Positions 1 to 14,757 are shown, numbered from the whole stretch's first letter. The stretch: 63,900 nt of DNA, filler included, from Choristocarpus tenellus KU-1152 (GCA_964200185.2; 8 parts of 8 records of this genome joined end to end with filler, not necessarily neighbours in it); one strand, 5' to 3'. Translations and numbers: made by a program. The notes: generated by a model not told the origin, from the letters alone.

Positions 1-2271
1 TTTTTAAGACCGTTTTCGCAAAAAAAACATCCTCATAGTCCCGCGCCTTCCTCAATTTTGAGATTCCCCTGTTATGTGCTGCCATCACCAAGACATTTAT
101 GTTAACCTTACCACACAAGAAGAGCACTCATCCATCCATCCTTCACAAACAAGTCAAGTTTGTTCATTTCTTGCCCTTCGTCACGAATTTGTATAATAGT
201 TGGAAGATCTGTTCCTTGTCCTGACTTCTATTATGATTATTATTAATAATAACAATAATAGAAGGACATCTCCATCGCAGAAGTACTTCCTCCACCAATA
301 GCTACATTTTCTAGAAGCGCAAAATATGTATTTTTAAAATGATCAGGTAATGTCTAGCAGCAATTCTACTGTAATATAAGCAATGATTGGGTTTGGGAAC
401 ACCCTTGTCACAGATCTACTACAAATGTTACTAGTGGAAATATGGCCTACCTTTTGGATGAAATGCCCTCCCAAACACCCCACAAGTGTCTTCACCCTTC
501 ACACTCAATATAGTAGCTCACATAATAACCATCTACCACCACCTACTATCATATTTCGCAATATTAACAGTTAGCATTTATTATCATTATGCACACAACC
601 AACATCATAGTATTGAGTGTCAAAACAAGTAAAGATTTCACAGACAAAACGAAAGAAAAAATCAGGGGTTGTCATCTGCGCAACGGTCCACCATCGATGC
701 ACACACCCCATCATAGTGTTCACAAATAACAATAAACAGACGATTTCAAAAATTGAGGATGGACTTGACCCAAAATTGACTGGGAGAAAGTTTCGATATG
801 TTTTTTTTTTTATTAGTATCAATACTTGTACCAAGGTAAGTAATAACATCATTTCTCGTCATGCCCTACATCCTCCTCTTCTTGACGGTAGTGGAAACAT
901 AACAAGGTCATCATTTGACACCCCACGAAAAACATACTGTTGAATCTAATACTTCTTGGAACTTGCTATCATCACTGTTCATTCTTTCCACAAATTTGGT
1001 TGTATTATATCATATTTCAAGGTTGTGATTTGATTGATCGGAGCACTAGAAGGATTTGCCGATGTTCGAGTAAATCCCATTGTTTAACCAACCTTGTGGA
1101 ATTACAAAAACCGATAACACAAATATCACAATATTTTTTTGGTGCGTGTTTACGTAGGGGCCGTTACTAGCCTGAAAAAAGCCATCGATATTTTAGGAAA
1201 GGAACCCTTACAAGAAGTTTCTCCTTTCGTTTTCGAAGATTGGGTAGCACCCATAAAAGAGGCGTGTCGCATTCTAATAATGAAAGACCCGTATCATTAT
1301 ACTCTATTATCAGCACAAAAACAAGGCAGTCAACCAACGTAACAGGAAGATCATGTCGTGGACATTTAATTTTCATCTTCACATAGCACAAAAGTAGTCA
1401 TTATCAAAACACAACAAAGAAAAAATGCACGCCAAAAACCTCCCGGCCAAATAGAAACCAGACTTTAAAATCTACCACATTATGGCAACTACCAGCTAGC
1501 CAGAAAAAAACGCCATTTATCAGCGAACATTCCAAAAACGAGCAAATTCTTCATCAACATGACAGTAAGTGTGACCACGTAGATGTTATCGCTGACAGCA
1601 TATGCATAGTGAAACCAAAATGTGTAAGATAATACTGTAAATGGCTTAGTCTATATCGCAATACCATCCCTTGGATCAAAAAGGGACAGCAATCAGTCAA
1701 AAAATGACCGGCTACATCAACATGATACGCAGCACAAAGTCCAACCAACTCATCCTTTTCGGCAAGGCAAGCAAACCTGAGGTCCAGCCTCAAGACTCTT
1801 CCCATACACAGGGGATTAAAAAAAATCCACAAAACAAAGTGAGTGCAATATGTGCACATGACAATGGAAAAAAACAGCAACGCCCCTGCCATACTGTACT
1901 GCCTCTGGACACACCATGCCAAATTCAAAACACCAATGATGCCAAAGGGAAAAACTTGACCTCAAATACAATCAGTCAATCAAGTCTTTTCTCTTGCTTC
2001 TCTCGCTTCAATCAAAACCTCACAACTCGACCAAAAAAATATGCCAACCTCTCTGAGCACACCCCAAGAGGGACACTCAAACACACACAGATGTCTTTCC
2101 TGCAGCAGAAGGGCTCTACTGCCCTTGAGATCAATTGCAAGAACTCACAAAAAGCTTAAAAATACTAGAATACCTACCTACATACACAAGTACTCCCCCC
2201 TACCCCCTAACCCCCCCCAACCCCCTCCCCCAGCTGCCCCGCAGATGTTCCGAGTGTCTCCTACGAAGGCA

Positions 2272-5200
2272 TCATTGAACCCTCTCATTAAGGCGCTGCA
2301 CTAGCTGGTGCTTTGCTTCAGCTGGTAATTTTTCAATGGCAGTGTTTAGCATGTCTCCCAGTTCCCCTGCCAGTGCCTGTAGCTTTGAGACAAGGGTGGC
2401 CTGAATCTCATCCTGAACCTTTGACCCTGGTGCCAAAGCCTGAGCTATCACCCCTGTCGAGCGAGGGTTCAGTTACATCATACACACTTGTTTCAATAAA
2501 ATGATGTGTATTTATTCTACACACTACGACCATTTCAGGAGTACCCTTCAAGTTTCAAGTTTCAAGTATCAAGTATCACCATCAACATCTTGCAGTCCAA
2601 TGCAGCATACAAATCTATTCAACGCATTGCAAATGATCAAAGAGTTCCATTCCACACCACATGCCCTGTCCCTTACAGTTTCCGCCACACCCTTCTCACA
2701 CTCCCCATACTCAGACCCAAAGCATATACTACTTTGGGTAGGGCCAAGTGCGTTCGGGGTCATGAATCTAATGTTACGCTTTTGATTATCATATTCGTTA
2801 GCAAGTGTCAATCTCCTTGCTCTGGACATACCTTTCATAGTCGTATACCCTTTAGGGTTAGGGTAACTGTGTTAACATAGAAAACCAAAAAAGGACATAA
2901 GAAAACTGTGGGAAGTCAATCCCAAAAGGACACGGACATACAGGGCAAACCTCCTAAGCCTAACCCTAACCCTAACCTCTTAAATGATTTGGGTCCTTAG
3001 GCCACCAATCAATATGTAGTTACAGCAGTCACCAATAGCAAACCTGTCCCAATGCTGACAATGACCATCTTACACAAACTGCAACTGCTTTAGTTCACCC
3101 ACAGAGAACACCTTCTTCTTTTGGTGCACACTATCACACTATCAACACCTACATTGGAAAGAACCAGGTCAACATCATCAAAAATACTCTCATGTGATTG
3201 TTTACATCACATGTACAGCAGTGAACAAAAATAATTTATACACAAAACAACATCAGAGTTGAGCAAACAAACAAGGCTCCAGAGTACAATCACCAGGCTA
3301 AATATAGGGAGGTCAACAAATCAGCACTATAGTATAAAGTTGAACCAATAACCCTAACCCTAATACTATCATACCGACAAGAGTAAAATCACATCCCTAA
3401 CCCTAACCTGAAGTAAAGCAAAAAAAAACAAGTGGACCTACTACTACTGCTACTACTGTACTATTGAGATTTGGAGAGGAAAAAAGCTGGGTAATACGTA
3501 AGACTTTTTATTTCACATTCCAACCCCATACCATTCACAGTCAACAAGAAAGTGGACAAAAAAGACATTTAACCATTTTTTCTCAGCAGTTCCATAAACA
3601 AAATAGTAAGAAACCAATAATAGCAGTCACCTAGAATGGAGTCAAGGAGCTGCAGGGCCTCTGGATGCTTCATGTTCAACAGCCCCAGAAGGCAAGTGTA
3701 GACAGACTCATTCTCCGATTGATCACTCTTTAGTGGGAGGGCCGATATCATGACTGGTAACACCTGTAAGGTTCAGCATCATACCACCACATCAATACCA
3801 CCACTACACAATGACAAAAAATTGCATCGAAGCAACAACAAAAAAAGTACCAAAATACCAAAATACCAATATACCAATGTACCCACGCCAACACTGACAA
3901 AGGAAAAGAGTACAACTCATGAGGGACACAAATATCCATCCAACACCTGGCTACACCAATACCTCACCACAACATCACACATACACAAGACATTCACCTT
4001 CCTACCCAATACAACATCAACAACACCATTACCTGCAATGTACACAGCGATCGCCACAACACCCCCAAGACATGACCTAACACTAACACTAAGTACAATC
4101 CCCTCCCTCAACACCATCAACATCAACATCAAACCTCTCCCATCCCAGCAACAACACCCCTAAGCACCCTCCCTGACCTGAGCCATAGGTATAGCCGCTG
4201 GGGCAGCCATGATCATTCGCGCCACTGCAGCAGCTGCATTGTCCACCACCCCTGCCTCTGTCCCCCTTGCTGTGAGAGCAAACATGGGGTGAAGCGCTTG
4301 CAACAGCTCCTGGTAGTAGGGAATCACCGCCTCCCCTTAGAATACAAAAAGAGGACAAGTGAAAACGTGACAAAAGTCATTTTAATAATTAATGTTGTGG
4401 TTTGTCTAAAATATGTGTGCATTTTGTTTGAACTACTATATATATATATATATATATATATTTATTTATTTATTTTTGGGGGGGAGGGGGGTTTGGTTGA
4501 ACGTTTTTCTCAGTTTGACCTAAGAATACACAAAGAAAACGGAGGGGATTTTCTGTGGGACCACACACACAAAGGCATGCCTTAACACTTCCACTACACA
4601 CTGTATCTATTGTTTGTAGTGTGTACCCTGATTTGTCAAAGTAAGCAAAAGGTATCCAGATTTGCATTTTAAGGATGACAAATATGTGCAAAATTCATTT
4701 ATATACTTTTTCCACATGTGTATAGGATATTTATTTTCTGAGCTCTGTCCAAGAATTCAAACAATAAAAAAATAAACCCTATCAAATCAAACTTACTTAA
4801 GAAATCAAATATAAATAGAATTATCAATACAAATACAAATAGAAGTGTAAGAATAAGAGTAAGTACAAGTACAAGTATGGGTGAACTGCAATAGATTTCG
4901 AACAGAGTTAAGATGCAAAACAACCAAAACCTGGTACATGTTTACTTTGACTCAATGACAAGGGAACAATAAAGGAATTTTCAAAAAATCTAAAAAGAAC
5001 AATAAACCTCTCAAAAAGCGCGTAATACTCATGGCACATTCAAACACCATAAACAATAAAGGAATTTTCAAAAAATCTAAAAAGAACAATAAACCTCTCA
5101 AAAAGCACGTAATACTCGTTGCACATTCAAACACCATAAACAATAAAGCGTTTCATCACTGATCTTGATAACCCTGAACCTCTTATCAAGTATACACTAG

Positions 5201-8200
5201 GTAACAAACAAACAATCTCAAATACCTTTTTCCAAAGCACTAAAGAGAGTGAGAGGAGTGAAACACAAATCAGAACTTTAAAAAAAAAAATGATTTAAGC
5301 GAATCAATGATCACAGCTCACCAACCATGATTGCAATGCCAACCAAACTTATGATGAATATCATGACTATAAATACACATCAAATGCTAGTTTCCGTACA
5401 CCACTCAAAATGCATGCCATCCAAAGGACTGGCCACCAAAACAAGAAGTATTTACAAATGTGCTATACACGCATACAGTGCACATCCAGACCATCACCAG
5501 GAAAATGGACATTTTTTTACAAAGTCTTTATGGGTTAATAAGACAAAAACACCAATCAAAACAATGGAACCAGACCGCTCATCAAAGTTTTTTTTTTTGA
5601 AGTAAAAAATTGATCTGGATCCATTCAACTACTTTCTATTGACTATATTAACTATCAATGCCACCTACAAAAGGAACCATTCAAACAACCCAACACAAAA
5701 TAAAAATAACACTCATTTGAATTTGAGCAAAACACTCCTGAATACACCACCCATTATAAAAAAACAAAAAATACCAAGAGCACAACAAATAATAAAGCAC
5801 AAAGATCTCTACAAGGTCTCCACACCTCACCTCCTCCTTGCGCCAATGTCCCTGCACAAAATGCAGCATTTCTCCTTACACCAGCATTGGAGTCTGCCAG
5901 GCCAGTCTTGATGAGAGGAAGGACATGCCCCACATACTTGACACAATTTCTGTTCCAAACAAACACAGATAAACACACACATATTTAAAAAAACAGTTCC
6001 ACTATTTCCAAAACAAGATTAAAAACATCCTTGTCCTTTTGATTATCTTGTTTTTGGTACCACATCTTCACATCTTCGATCATCACTACATATCACTACA
6101 TATTACTACATATCACTACATATTCATTATTATTTCAGTTAAGCATTAAGAAAAAAGACAGCTAATAACACTAAATCAAACCCATACACTTCAAAAAAAT
6201 ATATATATACTGTCCCTAACCCTAAATAATAAAACTTGCACCACGTACCATGTAAATAACAATAAAACAATATTATTGTTATTGTTATTATTATTAATAT
6301 ATATTATCAGTCATGAAACCAAGCCAAACACCCCTTCTGTGTGATAAACCACCTCACCCATCAATACTCTCAAAAACCTCAGCAAAGCAACCAACTGCCA
6401 TTGCTCGGTCCGTGGCAGGCCTAGCTCCCCTAGCGTACTTGAGAACCCCTGGAAGAAAGACATCAAAGAACTCCGAGAAGGAAGGACCAATCACCTAGAC
6501 ACACACAGACACACATGTTTGTGTTATTAGGGTTAGGGTTAGTAATCGAACACAAATAACATCAACAGGATATCTAACCTAACCCTAACCCTAACATTAA
6601 CAGGATATCTAACCCTAACCCTACCACCGTAAAACAAAAAATGCCTACTGTCGTAAGCCTCTGTAAATGCCTGTTCAACATCCAAACCCACTACCTCACA
6701 AAAGCAACCAATCAGTTCATTCTCACGTAAGACAAGTTTGTTCCCATCAAATAGACAGAACAGCCTCAACACCTACTAATACCTTACTGTTCGTACTACT
6801 AATATATATAAACATAAGGAAACCAACCAATGAACACACCCTCTCCTCAATCTTCCCCCCTAACCCTGACACCGGCTCTTTTAGCCCTTACCCGTGCGTA
6901 TGCACCAATCAAATCGCAGCAAGCATACGCCACGTTGCCATCCCCTACATTATCTTCATCATCTTCTGCATCCTCCTCCTCTTCATCTTCCTCAAATCGA
7001 CCAAAGCATGGCCCCTGTATGAGTGTGTATGTGTATGTGTGTATGTATACATGTATACATATGTATATTTTAAGGTCATTAATAGCGTTTGTCTTAATAA
7101 CCTCTAAAGGCCCTTTTATCAAACAACACAAGCAAACATACTCACCCCAATACACTCCTAAACACAAGAACATGTTTCTCCAGCACCTCAAAAATAATAA
7201 CAGGCAAGTTCAACATAATACCGTACTGGATGCTTCAACACCAAAAGAGATACAAAAGATATCAGACACATAACCCTAACCCTAAAAAATCTCACTTCCA
7301 TATTCAAGCCTTCAAAGACTGTATGATACATGATACATCACAAGCTAAACCTAACCCCAACCCTTGATGGTCTATCAATAATCAGTACCATTAGTTGTAA
7401 TAATCTACACCCCACAATAATCACATCAAACTACTAAAATACATGACTATTTGAATCAATATCATTACTTGTAATCTACACCCCCACAATAATCACATCA
7501 AACCACTTTTTTTGTTGTAATCTACACCCATAATAAAAAAAAAACAATATCAAACCTTCTCTTGAAGCAGCTGGTTGGTGACACTCATGACCTCATTCAT
7601 CTTGAACAATATCGCCGCAGGCCCAACCATCTCAGTCACACCCTTAAGCCCATTGCAAGCTATCGCCACCACCTACTTCAACAAACGCCATAGAACAGGT
7701 GTTGGAACAGGGTTAGGGTTAGGGTTAGGGTTAGAACAGGTGTTCGGACCATCTAATAAAGTCTGCAAGGAAGTATACTATACAAGAGATACCATCTAAT
7801 AAAGAGATGGTTTAGGGTTAGGGGTATCAACAAGTTTTCAGGGTTAGGTTTAGGGTTAGGGTTGAGTGCCTAGTGCTAACGAGTAAATTGAGCACTGGGG
7901 AGAGCGTTGTAGGCTCAAAGAGTGTTAAATATCATGTTAAATATCATTCCTCATCTTCTATTTACTGTGGAGAACATTTTCAGCTAAAAATCTGTTGCAT
8001 ATCATTCTAATCTTTTATTCTTGCGGAGATCGATTCGGCTAAAATATTTTCGTATCATTCCTAATCTTACAGGTGCACAGCCATACCCTTGCTCAGGTTA
8101 GGGTTAAGGTTAGGGTTAACTTCATGTTGCCATGGTGTGCATTGTACATAGCCCAGGGTTCATGAAGATATTTTAAAAACTAAAAAGGTCCAGAATCAAT

Positions 8201-11200
8201 CCCCTCCATCAGCAGTCTCAACCCTTTCCAAATTATCTCTATGCTACAATTAAGAGCTATACCAATACAACGGAGTCAGTGAAATATGCAAGCATTGTGA
8301 ATGTATCAATGAACACAAGTTATAATTAATGTATCAATGTACACAAGTTATAATTAATGTATCAATGTACACAAGTTATAATTAATGTATCAAGGTACAC
8401 AAGTTATAATTAAAGTATCAATAACACAAGTTATAATTAATGTATCAATGAACACAAGTTATAATTAATCTATCAATGTACACAAGTTATAATTAATCTA
8501 TCAATGTACACAAGTTACAATTAAGGGAAGGGAATACCAATATGTTGCTTCTGATGGTATCAGTAACATCATGGTTAGGGTTAGCGTTAGGGTTAGGGGA
8601 AAACAAACTGTTTTGAACGCAATACATGGTCATACTCTTCAAGTGGAACTTCAGAGATCACAAGCAAATATGGTCGATGCATTGGACCCTCTTGCACAGC
8701 ATAACGCCGTCAGGTCCATAAACCCAATCAACTTAAAGAAACAGAAACATTTATGTGCAAACAACCTTCAACACAATGCCTCCATCCCCTACACTGTGAC
8801 ATCACTAGACAAGGGATACCAACACTCACTCTACCCACTCCTACTGTTACAAAGAGGTGAAGCAAGGGTCCTAATTTCATTCAAATCAAAACAAATCACC
8901 TCTGACTCCACATCATTCTTCATGAAGTTCAACAGTGCATCCACCACAGTATTGCACAGGGCTCCAGTTGGAGTGGGGAGTGGGTTTGCTTGACCACGTT
9001 GCCACTCTGCCTCTGGAGGGAACATCTGTTCACATTCATATTTAAATTTCCACCAATCAGAACGAGGGAAACAGATACACATCAAAAAAAGCCAAAAGTG
9101 GGACAAAATCTTACTTCCTCTGCTCAGGATCACCTCAAACACTTTACAGTTATAACCATTCTAACTTAAATACACAGGATTTAACCATTCTACATTTGCA
9201 CCTTTTTTTTTTGGTCAAGGTCTTACAATAGTCCTAACCCTAACCCTAACCCTAACCCTAAAATATCAGTGAAATCATATTCGAATTTATAAACTTTGAA
9301 TCTATGAATGCTTGAGTCTATTAACCTGAAGCTACAGAAAATGTCTCCCCAATGCAATATTTTTCCTCATCTACACAGGTGGATGTAGTGTAATGTATAT
9401 GCCACTGATTGATCCATTCAATAAAGTCCTAGTACTGAACATGTTTTTGCCACAAAATTGTGCAAACTGAAGGTACAACTCAAAAGATCATCTTCAACCA
9501 AAAAAAAAGTTCAAGGAGCAAATTTCTTAGAAGCTTCCTGTACTGTCTGTGTGGCATAGTATATCTTATCATCAAAGCAAATAGTAAACAAAAACAATAA
9601 AACCATAAGCTTTTCCACTTGAATGTATCAACAAATCATTCATACAATACACTACAACTGTCAGTCCATCTCATACAATACAATACAATCATCTTCCAAT
9701 GACTGCAGTAAGTTAACTAAATTCTAATTCCCCAAAACGCCATCCTGACATACCAACTCCAGTACCTATCTCATTCTGCACATAAATGACACTGTAGAAA
9801 AAACAAATATATCTATTCTTAACAAAGTAATGTAACTAATAACAGGGGGGGGCGGGGGTCTGACATACAGAAACTACAAACACAAGTCAAGGTTGACAGT
9901 ACCTGGTTGGAGACATGCACCATCCATTCTAGACAGCTACACACGGCACTCCTCACATCACCATGCCAGTAATCCATCTTCAAACGGATCATAAATCAGA
10001 AATGACACAAAACAACAGGTCAAGGCTTTCGAAGTCACCCTACAAATATAATACCTATGTATCAATAGTATAATATATAATATCAATGTATCAATAGTAT
10101 AATATACAGTATCAATGTATCAATAATATTATATATAATATCAATGGATCAATAGTATAATATACAGTATCAACATATCAGTCGTATAATACAACAGAAT
10201 AGATGGAAAGAGTATGCACTAATACACACACACACTCTCACAAGCACCACTACCAAGGGCTGAGGATATATGATACATGATACATGATACATGATACATG
10301 ATACATGATACATGATACATGATACATGACACATGATACATGATATATGATACATGATACATGATAAATGATATATGACACATGATATATGATACATGAT
10401 ATATGATACATGATAAATGATATATGACACATGATATATGATACATGATACATGATACATGATATATGATACATGATGTATGACACATGATAAATGATAT
10501 GTGCATGATACACGTGTACAACACTAAATGGTTGATTTTCGTTTCACTCAATCAAGGTACTTGACAGAGAGGTTCTAGGAAGAAATGATCTCTGTAGTCA
10601 TGACAGGGAACTTGTTGAAACTTTCTTTCATTTTTCTCATTTGTAAAACTTCAGCATGATTGGTATCAACAATATCATTGATACAGTATATTATAATCCA
10701 ACACAAATCAATCTCCTGTGCAAATTTAACATCATAGTATCTACTGCAATCTAGCACTACATAATACAACATAACGAAAAACCCTAACCCTATAAAAATA
10801 TTACAAAAAAGCAATCACTGGAAGTACACCAATAAACCTCAACCCTAACACTAACACCCTTACTTCCTACACTAAATCACTAAAAACAAAAACCAAGACA
10901 TCCCTTTGCTCTCTACAAAACTAATATACAATATCTAAACACACAACACAACTTTCGTGTGTCAACCAAAGGTACACTACCCACCACATAAAGGTACAGC
11001 ACAAAAAAGTGAAACAAGAAATTAATATCTTCCTCTGTCCATCAACACCACCCACCCACCCACCCACCCACCCCCCAAATTGTCTACCTTTGATCTAAGC
11101 AACTCACCTGCTTGTTCAAAGTCTCCATTGCATGTTCAAGATGAGGAAAGAAGGCCTTGGGGGAATGTTCTGCCAACGACCCCAGAGCCACTAACGCCGC

Positions 11201-12580
11201 CTTTTTCTTGTCCAACTCCGCAGTGCGAATATTCATGAACGCCCGAGTCAATTCCTGAGCACCACCGGAGGCACAACCAACAACAGCAGAGTCAGTCACT
11301 AGTACAAAGAAATGATCACAGAATAAGAAATCATACCTATATCAAGTATATGCAGAGAATCAATTTAATTTCAAGAATGAAGGCAAAAAAAGCCCATCAG
11401 ACTGAGGCAGTTATTGCTGAAACGCATACATACCCCCCTTTCCATTCCCACAAAAGCTTTTCCCTCAAGGACACATTCAATAGAAGCCCCACTGAAACAG
11501 AAAACAGATGATATAGTTGTACAATAGTACAGTAGTACAATAGTACAGTAGTATAGTAGTACAGTAGTATAGTAGTACAGTAGCACAATACTATAGTAGT
11601 ACAATAGTATGGTAGTACAACACTATAGTAGTACAATAGTACAGTAGTATAGTAGCACAATACTATAGAAGTATAATAGTATAGTAGTACAATAGCACAA
11701 TAGTATCCTAGTACAATAGTATAGTAGTACAATAGTACAGTAGTACAATAGTATGGTAGTACAATACTATAGTAGTACAGTAGTACAACACTATAGTAGT
11801 ACAATAGTATCGTAGTACAGTAGTATCGTAGTACAATACTATAATAGTATAATAGTACAGTAGTACAATACTATAGTAGTACAATAGTACAATACTATAT
11901 GGCAGTAACCACAAAAAAACAATAGTATATCATAGACCCACAATTGTCGTGCCCCCTCCTCATCACCCTCTCCATGTACCTACCTCCTCATCATCCTCTT
12001 CCTCATCATCTTCATCCTCATTGTGTTCTGGAAGATCACCCAAAGCGATCCCATCTGACTCCTAAATAAGCAGTATCAAGGGTCAAACCAAAAAATGAGA
12101 TGAGAACCAGAGGTAAACATACATGATATGATAGTTTTGTGCAGTGCCCATGGAAGGGTTAGGGAAGGACTTGGTTTACTACTTGTCACAAGACCCCCTT
12201 CCATTCCATACATTGTCTCCCTCCTTCTTACTCAACTACACATGATACATATGATACACAACACAATGTTAAAAATATAATAAAATAATAATTCAGGCGC
12301 AGGCGTATCATAGCATCACAAGAAAGGTCTACTTCCCCCTCTGAGAAGTGACACCTTACAGTAGAAATAAAAACATGAAAACGATATAAATTACTCTCCC
12401 AAAACTAAAATCAAAATCAATTCTGATACAAAAAGTAAAACATAAAATATAACAAATAGTGATAATGTTCAAATCCTTAAAATTAGAATTAACAACTGTA
12501 TCAGAGGGTCAAGATAAACTAAAAACATAAAAAATATCCTAGGGATTATTTAATTTCGATACAGTGTACCACACCACTAC

Positions 12581-12613
<33 letters not shown>

Positions 12614-14510
12614 TTCAAGTGTACCTTATCCTGTTATAGACACACAATAACCTTGCACCATCACATACATACCCTCCCCCCAAAAAACTTGCGCATTTCA
12701 TTAGTTATCCATGGATAAAATCCCATTCACTCTAACTCAACCATAAATAATAAAAAGTATAAACAGTACCATATTAACATGTACATCCTGCATGGTCAAC
12801 ACACACCTTCATCCCCGACTACATTAACACCACCCTACTCTTACAACCGCAATGATTCGCATCAACCAAACATTTCAAATTACTTAGTTCAAAACATTTC
12901 AAATTACTTAGTTCAAAACATTTCAAATTACTTAGTTCAAAACATTTCAAATTATTTAGTTCAAAACATTTCAAATTATTTAGTTCAAAACATTTCAAAT
13001 TACTTAGTTCAAAACATTTCAAATTACTTAGTTCAATAAAAATGTATCACCTGGATCTCTCCAAGGAGGTGAGGGAGTAACTGTCCCACATAGTCTTTCA
13101 TATCTTCCCCCAACACCTTGGCAAGGTTAGCAAAGAAGGTGTAGCTGTACTCATGTAGCTCTGTGGATGCAATCTTCAGTCCCTCCACAGCTTGCCTTTT
13201 TGTTTCAGGCATAGAATTTTAAAAATGTAATTAATGTAATTAATTCACAACAATAGAGACACTTGCATATCGACAAGGCACATAGAACTAATTCAAAAAA
13301 GACATAACTAATTCAAAAAAGACATAGAACTAATTCAAAAAAGACGTAACTAATTCAAAAAAGACATAGAACTTATTCACAAAAGACAGAACTAATCCAC
13401 AAAAGAAGGTTGAAAACAACCAACAATTTCTAAGCCACCAGCATACTTGTACTCACTCTTCCAACACAATAAATCAACTATTAGAATTTCTTTTCTTAAG
13501 CAACAAAAAAAAAATTAATAATTTAAATAAATGCAATAAAAAATCTTCATATCCGAAACTGCCACACACCCCACAAAAATAAATAATAAATAACTTGCAT
13601 GAAAAAAAATACCAAAAGAACAATAATTCTGAAACCAAACTCACCAAAAGGCAAAATTGAGAACAATTTAGTAAAAATTAAATAAAAAAGGTCATGCTGT
13701 GATTCAAACGTACCGTCTCAAGCATGCCAGCTCAAGACACAAAAAATCTGTTCATGACCCTATCTCTACAATCATCGGTGAACACAAATCATAACCAATC
13801 CCCCGATTAACCCTTGCTCAGCTTCCCAGCGACTCTACTCAACCTCTGTCTGCTATCACCTCACAACCATTGTATGCAGTTCAAAAAAAGTAGTACCTCA
13901 AGAGGGAAAAAACTCATTGTCTACCTACTTCTTTGGTCTTACCAGTCTAATCAGTATTCAGTTTTGAAGCACTTCAACAAAGATATGAAGATGAACTAAA
14001 TACCTATTCAGAACAGGTGAGATAGAAATACATTCTTTGACGTCTTCACTAATAGTTCACAGTAGTCACTAAGTTCGTTCCAGTAAATTCATACCCTCAT
14101 ACAAATCTAAATCTAAGTCTAATCTAAATCTAACCCTAAATCCTTCCCAGGAAAGGGGGGAAGGGGGGTAACTAAACATGTTAAACTGCAAAAATGAGGC
14201 CCACTAAAAATAATAATAACAGAAATTTTTAATTAAACTTAAGCTGAACCTACTGGTTCTACATCTTATCGCCTCTAAATAAACCAAACAAAAATACCCA
14301 GTTCAACACAACAAACTCTCCCAACCCTAACCCTAGCCCTAACCCAATAAATAGAACAAATATCTACATAATGCATACATACATACATACATACATAATA
14401 CATACAAAGCAAAGGACTCACGCAATGCAGATATCAGTGTAAGGTTTGAAGTGATCCTTGCCAACCCCCAGAGCAATGTGTCCCATGCACTCCAGGGCAC
14501 GGCCACGTAG
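2272..14510 (-). CDS. IPO4: Importin-4 (karyopherin-beta, HEAT repeats), 3' part: 13 exons, 5' end lost at the contig edge
   Basis: Manually spliced GT-AG exons with compatible phases: 14510-14422, 13195-13051, 12061-11984, 11254-11108, 9977-9903, 9025-8900, 7672-7556, 7014-6892, 6494-6358, 5949-5831, 4335-4178, 3763-3631, 2453-2272 (TGA). Peptides LRGRALECMGHIA, ELHEYSYTFFANLAKV, DRAMAVGCFAEV, VRRNAAFCAGTL, VVDNAAAAVARMI and LPLKSDQSENESVY, plus acidic loops, are typical of importin-4/Kap123. Confidence 0.88.
4965..5148. repeat. 87-bp tandem duplication (2 copies) in an IPO4 intron
   Basis: aacaataaaggaattttcaaaaaatc... starts at 4965 and 5052; the unit start recurs at 5139. Confidence 0.9.
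8300..8523. repeat. 28-bp minisatellite, ~8 copies
   Basis: Unit aatgtatcaatgtacacaagttataatt repeated head-to-tail with single-base variants. Confidence 0.95.
10058..10510. repeat. AT-rich ~28-bp repeats (10058-10172) followed by a 7-bp (tgataca)n-type satellite (10268-10510)
   Basis: tgtatcaatagtataatat... units, then runs of gatacat/gatatat/gacacat. Confidence 0.9.
11518..11900. repeat. Degenerate short-unit satellite (agtac/agtat/aatagt)
   Basis: About 380 bp of tagtacaa/tagtatag/tagtacag permutations. Confidence 0.9.
12868..13036. repeat. 24-bp minisatellite, 7 copies, starting 15 bp from a splice donor
   Basis: aaacatttcaaattacttagttca x7; the IPO4 exon ends at 13051. Confidence 0.95.
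13284..13404. repeat. 20-22-bp minisatellite, ~6 copies
   Basis: aactaattcaaaaaagacat(ag) units. Confidence 0.9.
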
Positions 14511-14657
14511 CTACATTCATTTTAAGAAAAAGAAAAAGACAAGACCATTTTTAACAACAAAAAAAATGGGGGGGGGGGGGGGGGGGGGGGGAGGGGGGGG
14601 GGGGAAAAGGAGAGAGATTGTTTAAGAAAAAGGGAAGGGGTTGGGAAAAGAAAAAAA

Positions 14658-14757
14658 NNNNNNNNNNNNNNNNNNNNNNNNNNNNNNNNNNNNNNNNNNN
14701 NTTAATTAATTAANNNNNNNNNNNNNNNNNNNNNNNNNNNNNNNNNNNNNNNNNNNN
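14658..14757. other. Artificial contig linker (N44-TTAATTAATTAA-N44)
   Basis: 100-bp linker with stops in all six frames, repeated identically seven times in the window. Confidence 0.97.

Noticed and set aside
3069-3148. Alternative last exon for importin-4
   Set aside because: It is phase-compatible but encodes a short non-HEAT peptide. The exon at 2453-2272 gives a much better helical C-terminus.
10170-11914. ORFs such as MYHVSCI... and MYYYSIVLL...
   Set aside because: They are translation artefacts of short-unit satellites.
8300-13036. 28-bp and 24-bp repeat arrays as CRISPR arrays
   Set aside because: The units are head-to-tail with no unique spacers, lie in introns, and no cas genes are present.
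14567-14604. Long G or C homopolymers as G-quadruplex elements
   Set aside because: They mostly sit at contig ends (also ~38090 and ~60607-60666), where short-read assemblies break, so their lengths are unreliable.
14702-14713. Recurring TTAATTAATTAA palindrome as a biological site
   Set aside because: It is always centred in identical 100-bp N linkers, so it is an assembly concatenation spacer.
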